Shown one piece after another: positions 36,070 through 44,164 of a stretch of DNA of 64,000 nt. Location: positions 3,487 to 67,486 of IMG/VR virus record IMGVR_UViG_3300021963_000115. One strand, written 5' to 3'. The translations under genes and the position numbers were made by a program. This DNA comes from a virus. Within the stretch, counting starts at the first letter, position 1. Every line of letters begins with the position of its first letter. A model generated the notes under the pieces. The model was not told where the DNA came from and did no database searches. It saw only the letters and a program-made list of their open reading frames with translations.

Positions 36070-36561
36070 ATGATTGATCCGATCACGGCCCTAGCCGGTA
36101 TTCAGTCCGCAGTAAAACTGATTAAGCAGGCTTCCAAGACCGTGGACGATGTGGCCTCGCTTGGGCCGATGCTGGGTAAGTATTTTGATGCCAAATCAAC
36201 TGCGGCTAAGGCTGTTGTAGAGTCTAAGAAAAAGGGTGGTTCCTCGATGGGGACTGCGCTTCAGATTGAGATGGCGCTTGACCAAGCCAAGACGTTTGAG
36301 GCTGACCTGCAAATGCTGTTCATGCAGGCGGGCAAGATTGATGTGTGGAACAAGATTAAAGCCAGAGCGCAGGCCATGGATGTGGAGGACGCCCACAATG
36401 CCAGACGCGAGAAGGAAGAAGCAAAGAAGCGTAAACAGCAAGAGCAGGAGCAACTTGAAATTAGCTTGATGCTGGGTGGTCTTGCGATCCTGTTGTTTAT
36501 GTTGTACGTTGGAATCTATGAGGTCATGGATCACTGCGCTAAAGTTAGGTGCGGGCGGTGA
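36070..36561 (+). CDS. membrane protein of the lysis region
   Basis: MIDPITALA N-terminus, coiled coil, C-terminal TM. Confidence 0.7.
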   Translation: MIDPITALAGIQSAVKLIKQASKTVDDVASLGPMLGKYFDAKSTAAKAVVESKKKGGSSMGTALQIEMALDQAKTFEADLQMLFMQAGKIDVWNKIKARAQAMDVEDAHNARREKEEAKKRKQQEQEQLEISLMLGGLAILLFMLYVGIYEVMDHCAKVRCGR

Positions 36562-36707
36562 ATGAGTACCAGAAAGCCGCTGACATGACCTTCAAGATTG
36601 TTGGTGCTTGGTGGGGGGCAAATCTGTTTCTGGATTTAATCAAGATACTGCCCAACTTTATTTCGGACAAGATTGTGAATAAAGTGCTTGGAATGGTTGG
36701 ACTATGA
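36558..36707 (+). CDS. small hydrophobic protein (49 aa)
   Basis: GTG start and ATGA end overlapping both neighbours; MNEYQKAADMTFKIVGAWWGANLFLDLI... Confidence 0.5.
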   Translation: MNEYQKAADMTFKIVGAWWGANLFLDLIKILPNFISDKIVNKVLGMVGL

Positions 36708-37315
36708 GTGAAGAAAAGCCAGCAGACGTATTGAGTAAGGTGCTGTCCTACGTAGACAGCCCGTTTAAACTGTTTGCGCTGATACTCATGGCGGTGTTTG
36801 CTTTCTCTGGGTACTTTGTCTGGCAGAACCAAGCCTTTTTGTTTGAGGCGTACAAAGAGAATAAGAAGCTCCCAACGATTGCAGAGGACAGGGCGGAAGA
36901 CGTTGCAGCGCATTTGTTCAAGAACACCAATGCGGCGGTGGTTGCAATATTCAAAGTCAACCCTCTGTTTGGGACAAGGGTGCTATATCGGGCGTATACC
37001 CGCGAGGGCAGGGACAGAACCCATGAGGGTTTAGACGTAGGCTTGTTTACACAGAGTTCAGCCAACAACCGCGATGTGGTTGCGTTGATGGCCAATGAGA
37101 TACCTTGCAGTGAATACAATGTGCCTCAAAGTGAGATTGGTCTTTGGTATATTGACAAGGGCGTAAGATTTGGATGCCGTGTAAGTGTCCCGCCAGAGCA
37201 GGGCAGGTTTGTTGGACAGATTACTGTCGGGTGGGAAAAAGAACCCAAAGATGTACACAAAGAAATGAGTATGTTATTGATTGCAAGTACTATGCTCAGT
37301 AAAAGTAAACAGTAA
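36704..37315 (+). CDS. single-TM protein with periplasmic domain (T4 holin T-like architecture)
   Basis: short N-terminus, one TM, ~160-aa domain with two Cys; in the lysis cassette. Confidence 0.55.
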   Translation: MSEEKPADVLSKVLSYVDSPFKLFALILMAVFAFSGYFVWQNQAFLFEAYKENKKLPTIAEDRAEDVAAHLFKNTNAAVVAIFKVNPLFGTRVLYRAYTREGRDRTHEGLDVGLFTQSSANNRDVVALMANEIPCSEYNVPQSEIGLWYIDKGVRFGCRVSVPPEQGRFVGQITVGWEKEPKDVHKEMSMLLIASTMLSKSKQ

Positions 37316-37324
37316 AGGATCATT

Positions 37325-37840
37325 ATGCTGACACTACTCTCCACGCTAATTTCGTTTTTAATGGGCGGTTTGCCCAAGATTCTGGAATTCTTCCAAGACC
37401 GAGCGGATAAAAAGCACGAGTTAAATCTTGCCCAAATGCAGATCACCCGTGAGCTGGAACTGCGTAAAGCGGGCTTTGAGGCGCAGGAACGCATTGAACA
37501 CATCAAGTCAGAACAGCTTGCCACAGAAAGCGCGGCCAATACCCAGCAGGTTCTGATTGGTGCGCAGCAGGCAGAAATGCAGGCTGTCTACGCCCACGAC
37601 ATGAGTTTAAACGAGGGCACTAGCGAGTGGATGAAGAACCTCCGCGCTTCTGTTCGCCCAGTTATCACCTACGGCTTCTTCTTCCTGCTGTTGTTTATTG
37701 ACATCGGCCTGTTTGCTTACGGCTGGAGCCGTGGTGTGCCGTTCACCGAGTTGGCTGAGATGCTGTGGGACTCTGACACCCAAGCGTTGTTTGCCTCAAT
37801 CATTGCGTTCCACTTTGGTGGCCGGGCGTTTGGTAAATGA
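37325..37840 (+). CDS. holin-like protein (3TM type)
   Basis: D.KHEL coiled coil, W...LRASVRP.ITY, FHFGGR; precedes lysozyme. Confidence 0.7.
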   Translation: MLTLLSTLISFLMGGLPKILEFFQDRADKKHELNLAQMQITRELELRKAGFEAQERIEHIKSEQLATESAANTQQVLIGAQQAEMQAVYAHDMSLNEGTSEWMKNLRASVRPVITYGFFFLLLFIDIGLFAYGWSRGVPFTELAEMLWDSDTQALFASIIAFHFGGRAFGK

Positions 37841-38313
37841 AAATCTCAGACAAGTGTTTACACATGATCCGCCACCACGAGGGCGTGAGGGTAAACCCGT
37901 ATAAATGTCCAGCAAAGCTTTGGACAATCGGGGTCGGCCATGTCATGTTCCCAGAGCAAGGCAAGCTGAAGATAGACCAGCGGGATGCGTTTACACCACC
38001 CGCAGAAGCCATGCGTAAATATTCAATGGAGGAAGTCGATGCAATACTTAGGGCAGACCTTGCTCGCTTTGAGAAAGGCGTGGCTACTTATTGTCCTGTG
38101 CCTCTTACTCAAGGACAGTTTGATGCGTTGGTATCATTTTCCTTCAATGTGGGGCTAGGCACATTGCAGCGTTCAACTCTGCGTCAGAAGGTGATGCGTG
38201 GTGATATGGAAGGTGCGGCAGAAGAACTCTTGAAGTATTGCATGGCGGGGGGTAAAATTCTCAAAGGGCTGCAAAAACGTCGCATCGACGAACGCGCCGT
38301 GTTTCTATCTTAG
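37837..38313 (+). CDS. endolysin, GH24 lysozyme
   Basis: HEG....Y.CPA..WTIG.GH; FDALVSF.FN.G; GL..RR..E..FL. Confidence 0.92.
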   Translation: MKISDKCLHMIRHHEGVRVNPYKCPAKLWTIGVGHVMFPEQGKLKIDQRDAFTPPAEAMRKYSMEEVDAILRADLARFEKGVATYCPVPLTQGQFDALVSFSFNVGLGTLQRSTLRQKVMRGDMEGAAEELLKYCMAGGKILKGLQKRRIDERAVFLS

Positions 38314-38321
38314 GACTGCCG

Positions 38322-40418
38322 ATGCCGCTTAAAAAACTTCAGCTCAAGGCCGGTGTTAACCAAGAAAACACCAGATATACCAACGAAAATGGTTGGTGGG
38401 CTACCGACAAGGTGCGCTTTCGTCAAGGCACGCCTGAAAAAATTGGTGGGTGGACACGCATTTCAGCCAACCTTTTCCTTGGCGTTTGCCGTTCTTTGTG
38501 GAACTGGGTAACTCTTGGTGGGGCAAATTTACTAAGTTTAGGTACAAACTTAAAGTTTTATATTGAACTTAGAGAAAGTGGTACGTACTACGACATTACC
38601 CCTATTCGTGCCAGCTCAGTTATTAATACCAACCCATTTACTGCTAATGGTACAACCACAGTTACAGTAACTGATACTGCCCATGGCGGCATTACAAACG
38701 ACTTTGTGACGTTCAGTGGTGCTACTGGCGCATACGCGACTACTTGGAATCAAGAGTATCAGATTTCAGTTTTGACTGTAGATACCTACACAATCACTGT
38801 AGCATCTGCAATTCCGGCTGGTTCATACGGCGGTGCGGCTGTTGTAGCGGCATATCAGATTAACGTTGGCCCCGTTACTGCTACTCCCACTAGCGGGTGG
38901 GGTTCTGGTGGATGGGGGTCTGGAGTATGGGGGTTTGGTGGCGCAACCGTAGTCCCAATTCGAATTTGGAGCCAATCTAATTTTGGTGAAAATTTAATCT
39001 TTGGCCCTCGTGGTGGTGGAATTTATTATTGGGATAACGTACTAGGATTATCATCTCGTGGGGTACTGGTATCAAGTTTGGGTGGAGCGGTATCGTTTAC
39101 AAATGCAAGCCCAACTGTAGTCACTGCAACAACTACGTTTTCAGAAGGTACAACTCTTCAATTTGCAGCGACAGGGTCACTGCCTACCGGTATATCTGCA
39201 AGTACAACTTATTACGTGTTTAATGTAGATGGGCTTACATTTAATCTGACGGACAGTATTGGTAACCTAATTAATACAACATCTACAGGTTCTGGTGTTT
39301 ATATTTCCAATATTGTTGATGTGCCTATAGTTCAAAACTATTTGGCAGTATCTGACGCATCCCGCTTTGTGTTTGCATTTGGTTGCAATGACTATGGTAG
39401 TGCCACACAAAATCAAATGCTTCTTCGTTGGTCAGATCAAGAAAATATATATCAGTGGACACCCGCGGCTACAAACCAAGCTGGTAGTTTATTGTTATCA
39501 CACGGTTCAAAGATTGTGACTGTAATGCAGGCACGCCAAGAACTTTTAGTGTTTACAGATTCAACATTGTATTCGTTACAGTATCTTGGCCCACCCGTCA
39601 TCTGGGGTTCTCAGTTGCTTGGTGACAATATATCTATTGTGGGTCCAAACTCAGTTGCTATTGCATCGGGGGTGATATATTGGATGGGTGTAGACAAGTT
39701 TTACAGATACGACGGTCGCATCCAGACAGTGCGTTGCGATCTTCTGCGATACGTCTATAGCGATATTAATCTTGACCAAGCTGACCAATTCTTTGCCAGT
39801 ACCAATGAAGGCTTCAATGAAGTTTGGTTCTTCTATTGCTCGGCATCGTCCTCTACGATTGACCGCTATGTAGTCTATAACTACCTTGAAAACGGTGGTG
39901 AGGGTGTGTGGTATTACGGTAACATGGCGCGTACAGCATGGCTTGACTCTGGCCTACGTAACTATCCAATGGCCGCAACATACTCAAATAATGTGGTATA
40001 TCATGAGTTGGGGTTGGATGACAACACAAATGCATCTCCCGTTGCAATTTATTCGTACGTTAGCTCATCAGAATTTGATATTGATGACGGCGACCGCTTT
40101 GGGTTTGTATGGCGTATTCTGCCCGACATTACTTTCAATGGGTCTACTACAGTAAATCCAACCGGTACGTTGACATTGATCCCCATGCAAAACTCAGGTT
40201 CTGGTTTTAACAACCCAACATCTGTTGCTGGTAGTAATAACGCATCTATTACACGTACCTCTACGGTGCCAATTGAGCAGTTTACTGGTCAGGTCTATAT
40301 TAGGGTTCGTGGTCGTCAGATGATTATTCAGTTTGAAAACGAGCAACTAGGTTCTACATGGCAGTTGGGTAGCCCTCGCATTGACATTAAACAAGATGGC
40401 CGTCGAGGTAACTCATGA
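38322..40418 (+). CDS. tail nozzle / stabilisation protein (P22 gp10-like)
   Basis: VRFR.G.PEKIGGW, RWSDQE, YWMG.D.FY.YDG, DG.R C-terminus; beta-propeller-like. Confidence 0.75.
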   Translation: MPLKKLQLKAGVNQENTRYTNENGWWATDKVRFRQGTPEKIGGWTRISANLFLGVCRSLWNWVTLGGANLLSLGTNLKFYIELRESGTYYDITPIRASSVINTNPFTANGTTTVTVTDTAHGGITNDFVTFSGATGAYATTWNQEYQISVLTVDTYTITVASAIPAGSYGGAAVVAAYQINVGPVTATPTSGWGSGGWGSGVWGFGGATVVPIRIWSQSNFGENLIFGPRGGGIYYWDNVLGLSSRGVLVSSLGGAVSFTNASPTVVTATTTFSEGTTLQFAATGSLPTGISASTTYYVFNVDGLTFNLTDSIGNLINTTSTGSGVYISNIVDVPIVQNYLAVSDASRFVFAFGCNDYGSATQNQMLLRWSDQENIYQWTPAATNQAGSLLLSHGSKIVTVMQARQELLVFTDSTLYSLQYLGPPVIWGSQLLGDNISIVGPNSVAIASGVIYWMGVDKFYRYDGRIQTVRCDLLRYVYSDINLDQADQFFASTNEGFNEVWFFYCSASSSTIDRYVVYNYLENGGEGVWYYGNMARTAWLDSGLRNYPMAATYSNNVVYHELGLDDNTNASPVAIYSYVSSSEFDIDDGDRFGFVWRILPDITFNGSTTVNPTGTLTLIPMQNSGSGFNNPTSVAGSNNASITRTSTVPIEQFTGQVYIRVRGRQMIIQFENEQLGSTWQLGSPRIDIKQDGRRGNS

Positions 40419-41074
40419 CAATGATTGTTACTACCGAAAATGAACTTAACAGAATTGCGGCTCCAAGTTTACCACTTGCGCCACAGCAGTACGAGTCCCG
40501 TTATCAAGACCAATTTTCTAACATCTTGCGTTTGTACTTTAACCGCCTTGATGAATTTTTCACTCGGTTTAATACTGCATCAAATACGGCTGGCCTGCGC
40601 GTGCCTTACGGTGCTTTTTCAGACTTTACCACCCAAACAACAACAGCTAATACAGCTACGTTAATGGCGCTGTCTGTGACGGATTTTTCCAGTGATGTGT
40701 TTCTCGATACTGGGTCAAAAATAACGGTAGCTAACGCTGGTATCTATAACTTACAGTTCAGCGTGCAGGTGCAGAACTTAGATAACGCTCCTGAAGACAT
40801 GTTTATTTGGCTGAGGCAAAACGGGACTGATATTGTTGGGTCAACTGGAAAAGTTGGCATGCCAGCTAGAAAGAGCGCGGGGGTTCCGTATCACGACATT
40901 AAGGGTTGGAATTACTTCTTGTCCATGAACGCTAATGACTACGTGCAGATTTACTGGTCTGTGCCCAATCCTTTGGTTACTATTGAGCAGTATCCAGCTT
41001 CTGGAACGCCAACTAAACCGTCTACAGCTTCTGTTGTGGCTACGCTGTCATTTGTGTCTGCGCTTCCACCATGA
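40415..41074 (+). CDS. tail-associated protein with C1q-like C-terminal domain
   Basis: LP.AP..Y...LRLYF; G.YNLQFS.Q, W.R.NG.D. Confidence 0.65.
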   Translation: MTMIVTTENELNRIAAPSLPLAPQQYESRYQDQFSNILRLYFNRLDEFFTRFNTASNTAGLRVPYGAFSDFTTQTTTANTATLMALSVTDFSSDVFLDTGSKITVANAGIYNLQFSVQVQNLDNAPEDMFIWLRQNGTDIVGSTGKVGMPARKSAGVPYHDIKGWNYFLSMNANDYVQIYWSVPNPLVTIEQYPASGTPTKPSTASVVATLSFVSALPP

Positions 41075-41108
41075 TAAACTTGATTAACCCCCCTTTTAAG
41101 AGGCAACT

Positions 41109-43763
41109 ATGAGCCTACAACACGCTGCAAATTACTTGGCTTCACGAGGTCGTGGCCCTGATGACACGCTTGTTCACATGACCCGTGGAGAAGTAAAAAG
41201 TCTTCAGGAAATTGCACGGGCGCATGGCGGCTCACTAAGTATTAACCCTGATACGGGTCTTGTAGAGGCTGGCTTTCTAAAGAACCTCCTGCCTATGATT
41301 GCGGGCGCTGGTATTACTGCCCTTACTGGCGGTGCGGCGGCTCCTTGGATGATTGGTTTAGGAGTTGGCGGTGTTCAAGCAGCTCGTACTGGCAGTTTGG
41401 AGAAGGGTCTCATGGCGGGTCTGGGTGCTTATGGTGGCTCAGGTCTGATGACTGGTTTGTCCGCTTCCGCTGGAGCGGCAGAGGCCGCTAATCCTGCTTC
41501 AAGTTTTGCTGGTAAAGCCGTCCCCCCAATTGAACAAATTAACCCTTCTAATGCGTTATCAATAGGGGATAAACTTAAATATGGTATTCAAGGTCTAGGT
41601 ACTGAAGCCGGACGTGGCGCGGCATTAAGTTCTTTGGGTGGTGGGTTTGGCGCGGCAAAAACTGCCGGTATGGCACTAGCACCTGCTTTGATGGATTCTG
41701 GTGATCAAGGTCCTCCACCTTCTGACAATGAACGCTACAACTACAGTTTTGATCCCGGTCGTGTGACTGATCCTAATGCAGGCTACACAGGTGCGGCTAC
41801 TGGCGAACGTACGTATTTCCGTCCGTCTTATACAAGGTTGCCAAACACCAAGGGTTTTAATGAAGGGGGCATAGCGCACTTTGATGAGGGTGGTGACACC
41901 TCGGATGTGCCCCCTTACAAACCAAACACAGCATTGTTGCAAGGTGCCGCAGCAATGAACAACGTAAGACCTTTTACTGGTAACGTGCCTTTTGCACAAC
42001 CTGCATCTTCTCCTGCTCAAGTTGGTAGCATTCAACCCACTACAAGCAACCCGTTCTACACAATGACTGGGGAGTCTGGTGATGCTTACAGATATTTGAT
42101 GGGTTTAGGTCCAACTTCAGCGGCAACAAACCCAGTAATCGCTACAAAACCAAACATTACAACCCAACCTACTGGCGGTGGTGACGGCGGTGGTGGAGGC
42201 GGTGCTAGTCCTATTATGGGTGGCGCAAGTGTGGGTAATGCCCCTCCAGCTGAAGTCGACCCATACGACCAAGAAAATCAAGACGCTATTAACAAAATTG
42301 AAGAAGAAGTTGCAAACGAGCAGTACGATCAAGATCGTCAGGATGCAATTGATAGGTACGAGCAATCACTCTATGACCAAGAAAGCCAAGATGCTATAAA
42401 TAAGATTGAGCAAGAAGTAGCAGGCGAAAATGCTTACAACGAAAGTTTAAATGATGATGAGCTGGGTTATTTACGTGATAATAACCCTTACACTTCTCCT
42501 CAAAATGAGACAACTCCTGTTAATCCAACGCCAGAAGAGTTGTTGAACAGAGATGAGTTTGGTGATTTGCAAGCTGCGATTGATACAAACACTAATATTG
42601 ACGCAAGCGCGGCAGCACTTGAACGGGAAGCTTTGGCAAGAGAAAACCCATGGGGCAATTTAGATGCGGCTATCGCTGCAAATAATTACGAAGATAGTCG
42701 CCGTGCCTCGGACATTGATGCGGCAACAATTGCGGTTGACAACTACGACACATACTCAGGGTTCAAGCCAGAGCCAGCTAATCCCAACATCCCTGTTGAA
42801 GATCGTGCACCTGAGCCAGTACAACCTACACCTGTGCAGCAAGAACCTGCGCCATATCAAGGCGATCCGTACACTGAGCCGTACGTACCATATCAAGGCG
42901 ATCCATACACTGAGCCGTACGTACCATATCAGGGCGATCCGTACACTGAGCCATATGTGCCAGAGCCTATACAACCTGAACCCGTGCCAGTACAACCTAC
43001 ACCTGTGCAGCAAGAACCTGTGCGGGAAGAACCTGTGCGGGAAGAACCTGTGCGGGAAGAACCTGTGCGGGAAGAACCTGTGCGGGAAGAACCTGTGCGG
43101 GAAGAACCTGTGCGGGAAGAACCTACACCCTACGATCAAAATTACGTAGAGCCTGTACAACAACAGGAAACACCCGTACAACCTGAGCCAGTACAACAGG
43201 AAGCACCTGTACAAGAAGTTGCGCAAAACTATACTCCTGCTGAACAAGAAGCTGTAACTTCCGATGTTCAAGAGGTAATTGACGCTCTCCAAGGGGACTC
43301 TGACGCTGGTGGTGATTTTGGTGACCTCGGCTTTGAGCAGTCCGACGACTTTGGCAAGTACGGTTTAGGCGTTAGTGACTTTGGTGGTAGTAATTTTGAT
43401 GAAGATTCTTACGACTTCCAAGGTATGGCTAACGGTGGCTTAATGGCTGCTCATCGCTATGCCATGGGTGGTAGCACTCTAGGCGGCTATTCTGATGGCG
43501 GTCGTTTACTGCGTGGACCCGGTGATGGCGTATCTGATTCCATTCCAGCAACCATTGGCGCTAAACGTCAACCTGCACGTCTTGCCGATGGCGAGTTCGT
43601 AGTGCCTGCACGTATTGTGTCTGAATTGGGTAACGGATCTACCGAAGCCGGTGCACGTAAGTTGTACGCCATGATGGAGCGTATCCAAGCTACCCGTGGG
43701 CGGACAGTTGGTAAAAATCGTGTAGCCACAAACTCACGTGCCGATAGGTATCTACCAGCATGA
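41109..43763 (+). CDS. internal virion / ejection protein
   Basis: GR..D..LVH...GG...INP.TGL.E N-domain, hydrophobic G/A helices, acidic repeats, C-terminal GPGDGVSDSIPA..GEFV. Confidence 0.75.
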   Translation: MSLQHAANYLASRGRGPDDTLVHMTRGEVKSLQEIARAHGGSLSINPDTGLVEAGFLKNLLPMIAGAGITALTGGAAAPWMIGLGVGGVQAARTGSLEKGLMAGLGAYGGSGLMTGLSASAGAAEAANPASSFAGKAVPPIEQINPSNALSIGDKLKYGIQGLGTEAGRGAALSSLGGGFGAAKTAGMALAPALMDSGDQGPPPSDNERYNYSFDPGRVTDPNAGYTGAATGERTYFRPSYTRLPNTKGFNEGGIAHFDEGGDTSDVPPYKPNTALLQGAAAMNNVRPFTGNVPFAQPASSPAQVGSIQPTTSNPFYTMTGESGDAYRYLMGLGPTSAATNPVIATKPNITTQPTGGGDGGGGGGASPIMGGASVGNAPPAEVDPYDQENQDAINKIEEEVANEQYDQDRQDAIDRYEQSLYDQESQDAINKIEQEVAGENAYNESLNDDELGYLRDNNPYTSPQNETTPVNPTPEELLNRDEFGDLQAAIDTNTNIDASAAALEREALARENPWGNLDAAIAANNYEDSRRASDIDAATIAVDNYDTYSGFKPEPANPNIPVEDRAPEPVQPTPVQQEPAPYQGDPYTEPYVPYQGDPYTEPYVPYQGDPYTEPYVPEPIQPEPVPVQPTPVQQEPVREEPVREEPVREEPVREEPVREEPVREEPVREEPTPYDQNYVEPVQQQETPVQPEPVQQEAPVQEVAQNYTPAEQEAVTSDVQEVIDALQGDSDAGGDFGDLGFEQSDDFGKYGLGVSDFGGSNFDEDSYDFQGMANGGLMAAHRYAMGGSTLGGYSDGGRLLRGPGDGVSDSIPATIGAKRQPARLADGEFVVPARIVSELGNGSTEAGARKLYAMMERIQATRGRTVGKNRVATNSRADRYLPA
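42816..43124. repeat. coding tandem repeats: 36 bp x3 and 15 bp x7
   Basis: PYQGDPYTEPYV x3 from 42852; GAACCTGTGCGGGAA x7 from 43014; 34-bp duplication at 42816/42987. Confidence 0.9.
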
Positions 43764-44164
43764 TCCTTCAGCGTGTAGACATCTCGCATGTCCACCATGT
43801 GTGGCCTATGGTTGAGGGTTTTTTGTCTTCCGCCTTAGAGTATTCGCAGGGTGACTACACATTAGAGCAAGTTAAATCGTTAGTAGCGATGGGAAACTGG
43901 ACACTAGTTGTTGCAGTAGATGATAATGGCGTACAGGGCGCGGCTACGGTTGATTTTTTTAACCGTCCAAACAACCGTGTAGCTTTCATCACAGCCATCG
44001 GTGGGCGTTTGGTTTCTAGTGAAGATTCAGTTGAGCAACTCAAGGAGTTGTTGGGTTCTTTTGGGGCTACGTGCATTGAAGGTGCCGCACGTGAGTCAAT
44101 TGCACGGTTATGGTCACGGTACGGCTTTGAAGAGAAGTACCGAATTGTAGGAGTAAAAATATGA
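43760..44164 (+). CDS. GNAT-fold protein in the ejection-protein cluster
   Basis: 134 aa; beta hairpin GA.TV.F, IEG.AR....RLW.RYGF motif; positioned like T7 gp13. Confidence 0.6.
   Translation: MILQRVDISHVHHVWPMVEGFLSSALEYSQGDYTLEQVKSLVAMGNWTLVVAVDDNGVQGAATVDFFNRPNNRVAFITAIGGRLVSSEDSVEQLKELLGSFGATCIEGAARESIARLWSRYGFEEKYRIVGVKI

Noticed and set aside
42664-43292. Alternative-frame repeat ORFs (NLCGK, RFFPH)
   Set aside because: Shadows of the 15-bp tandem repeat in the 41109 gene.
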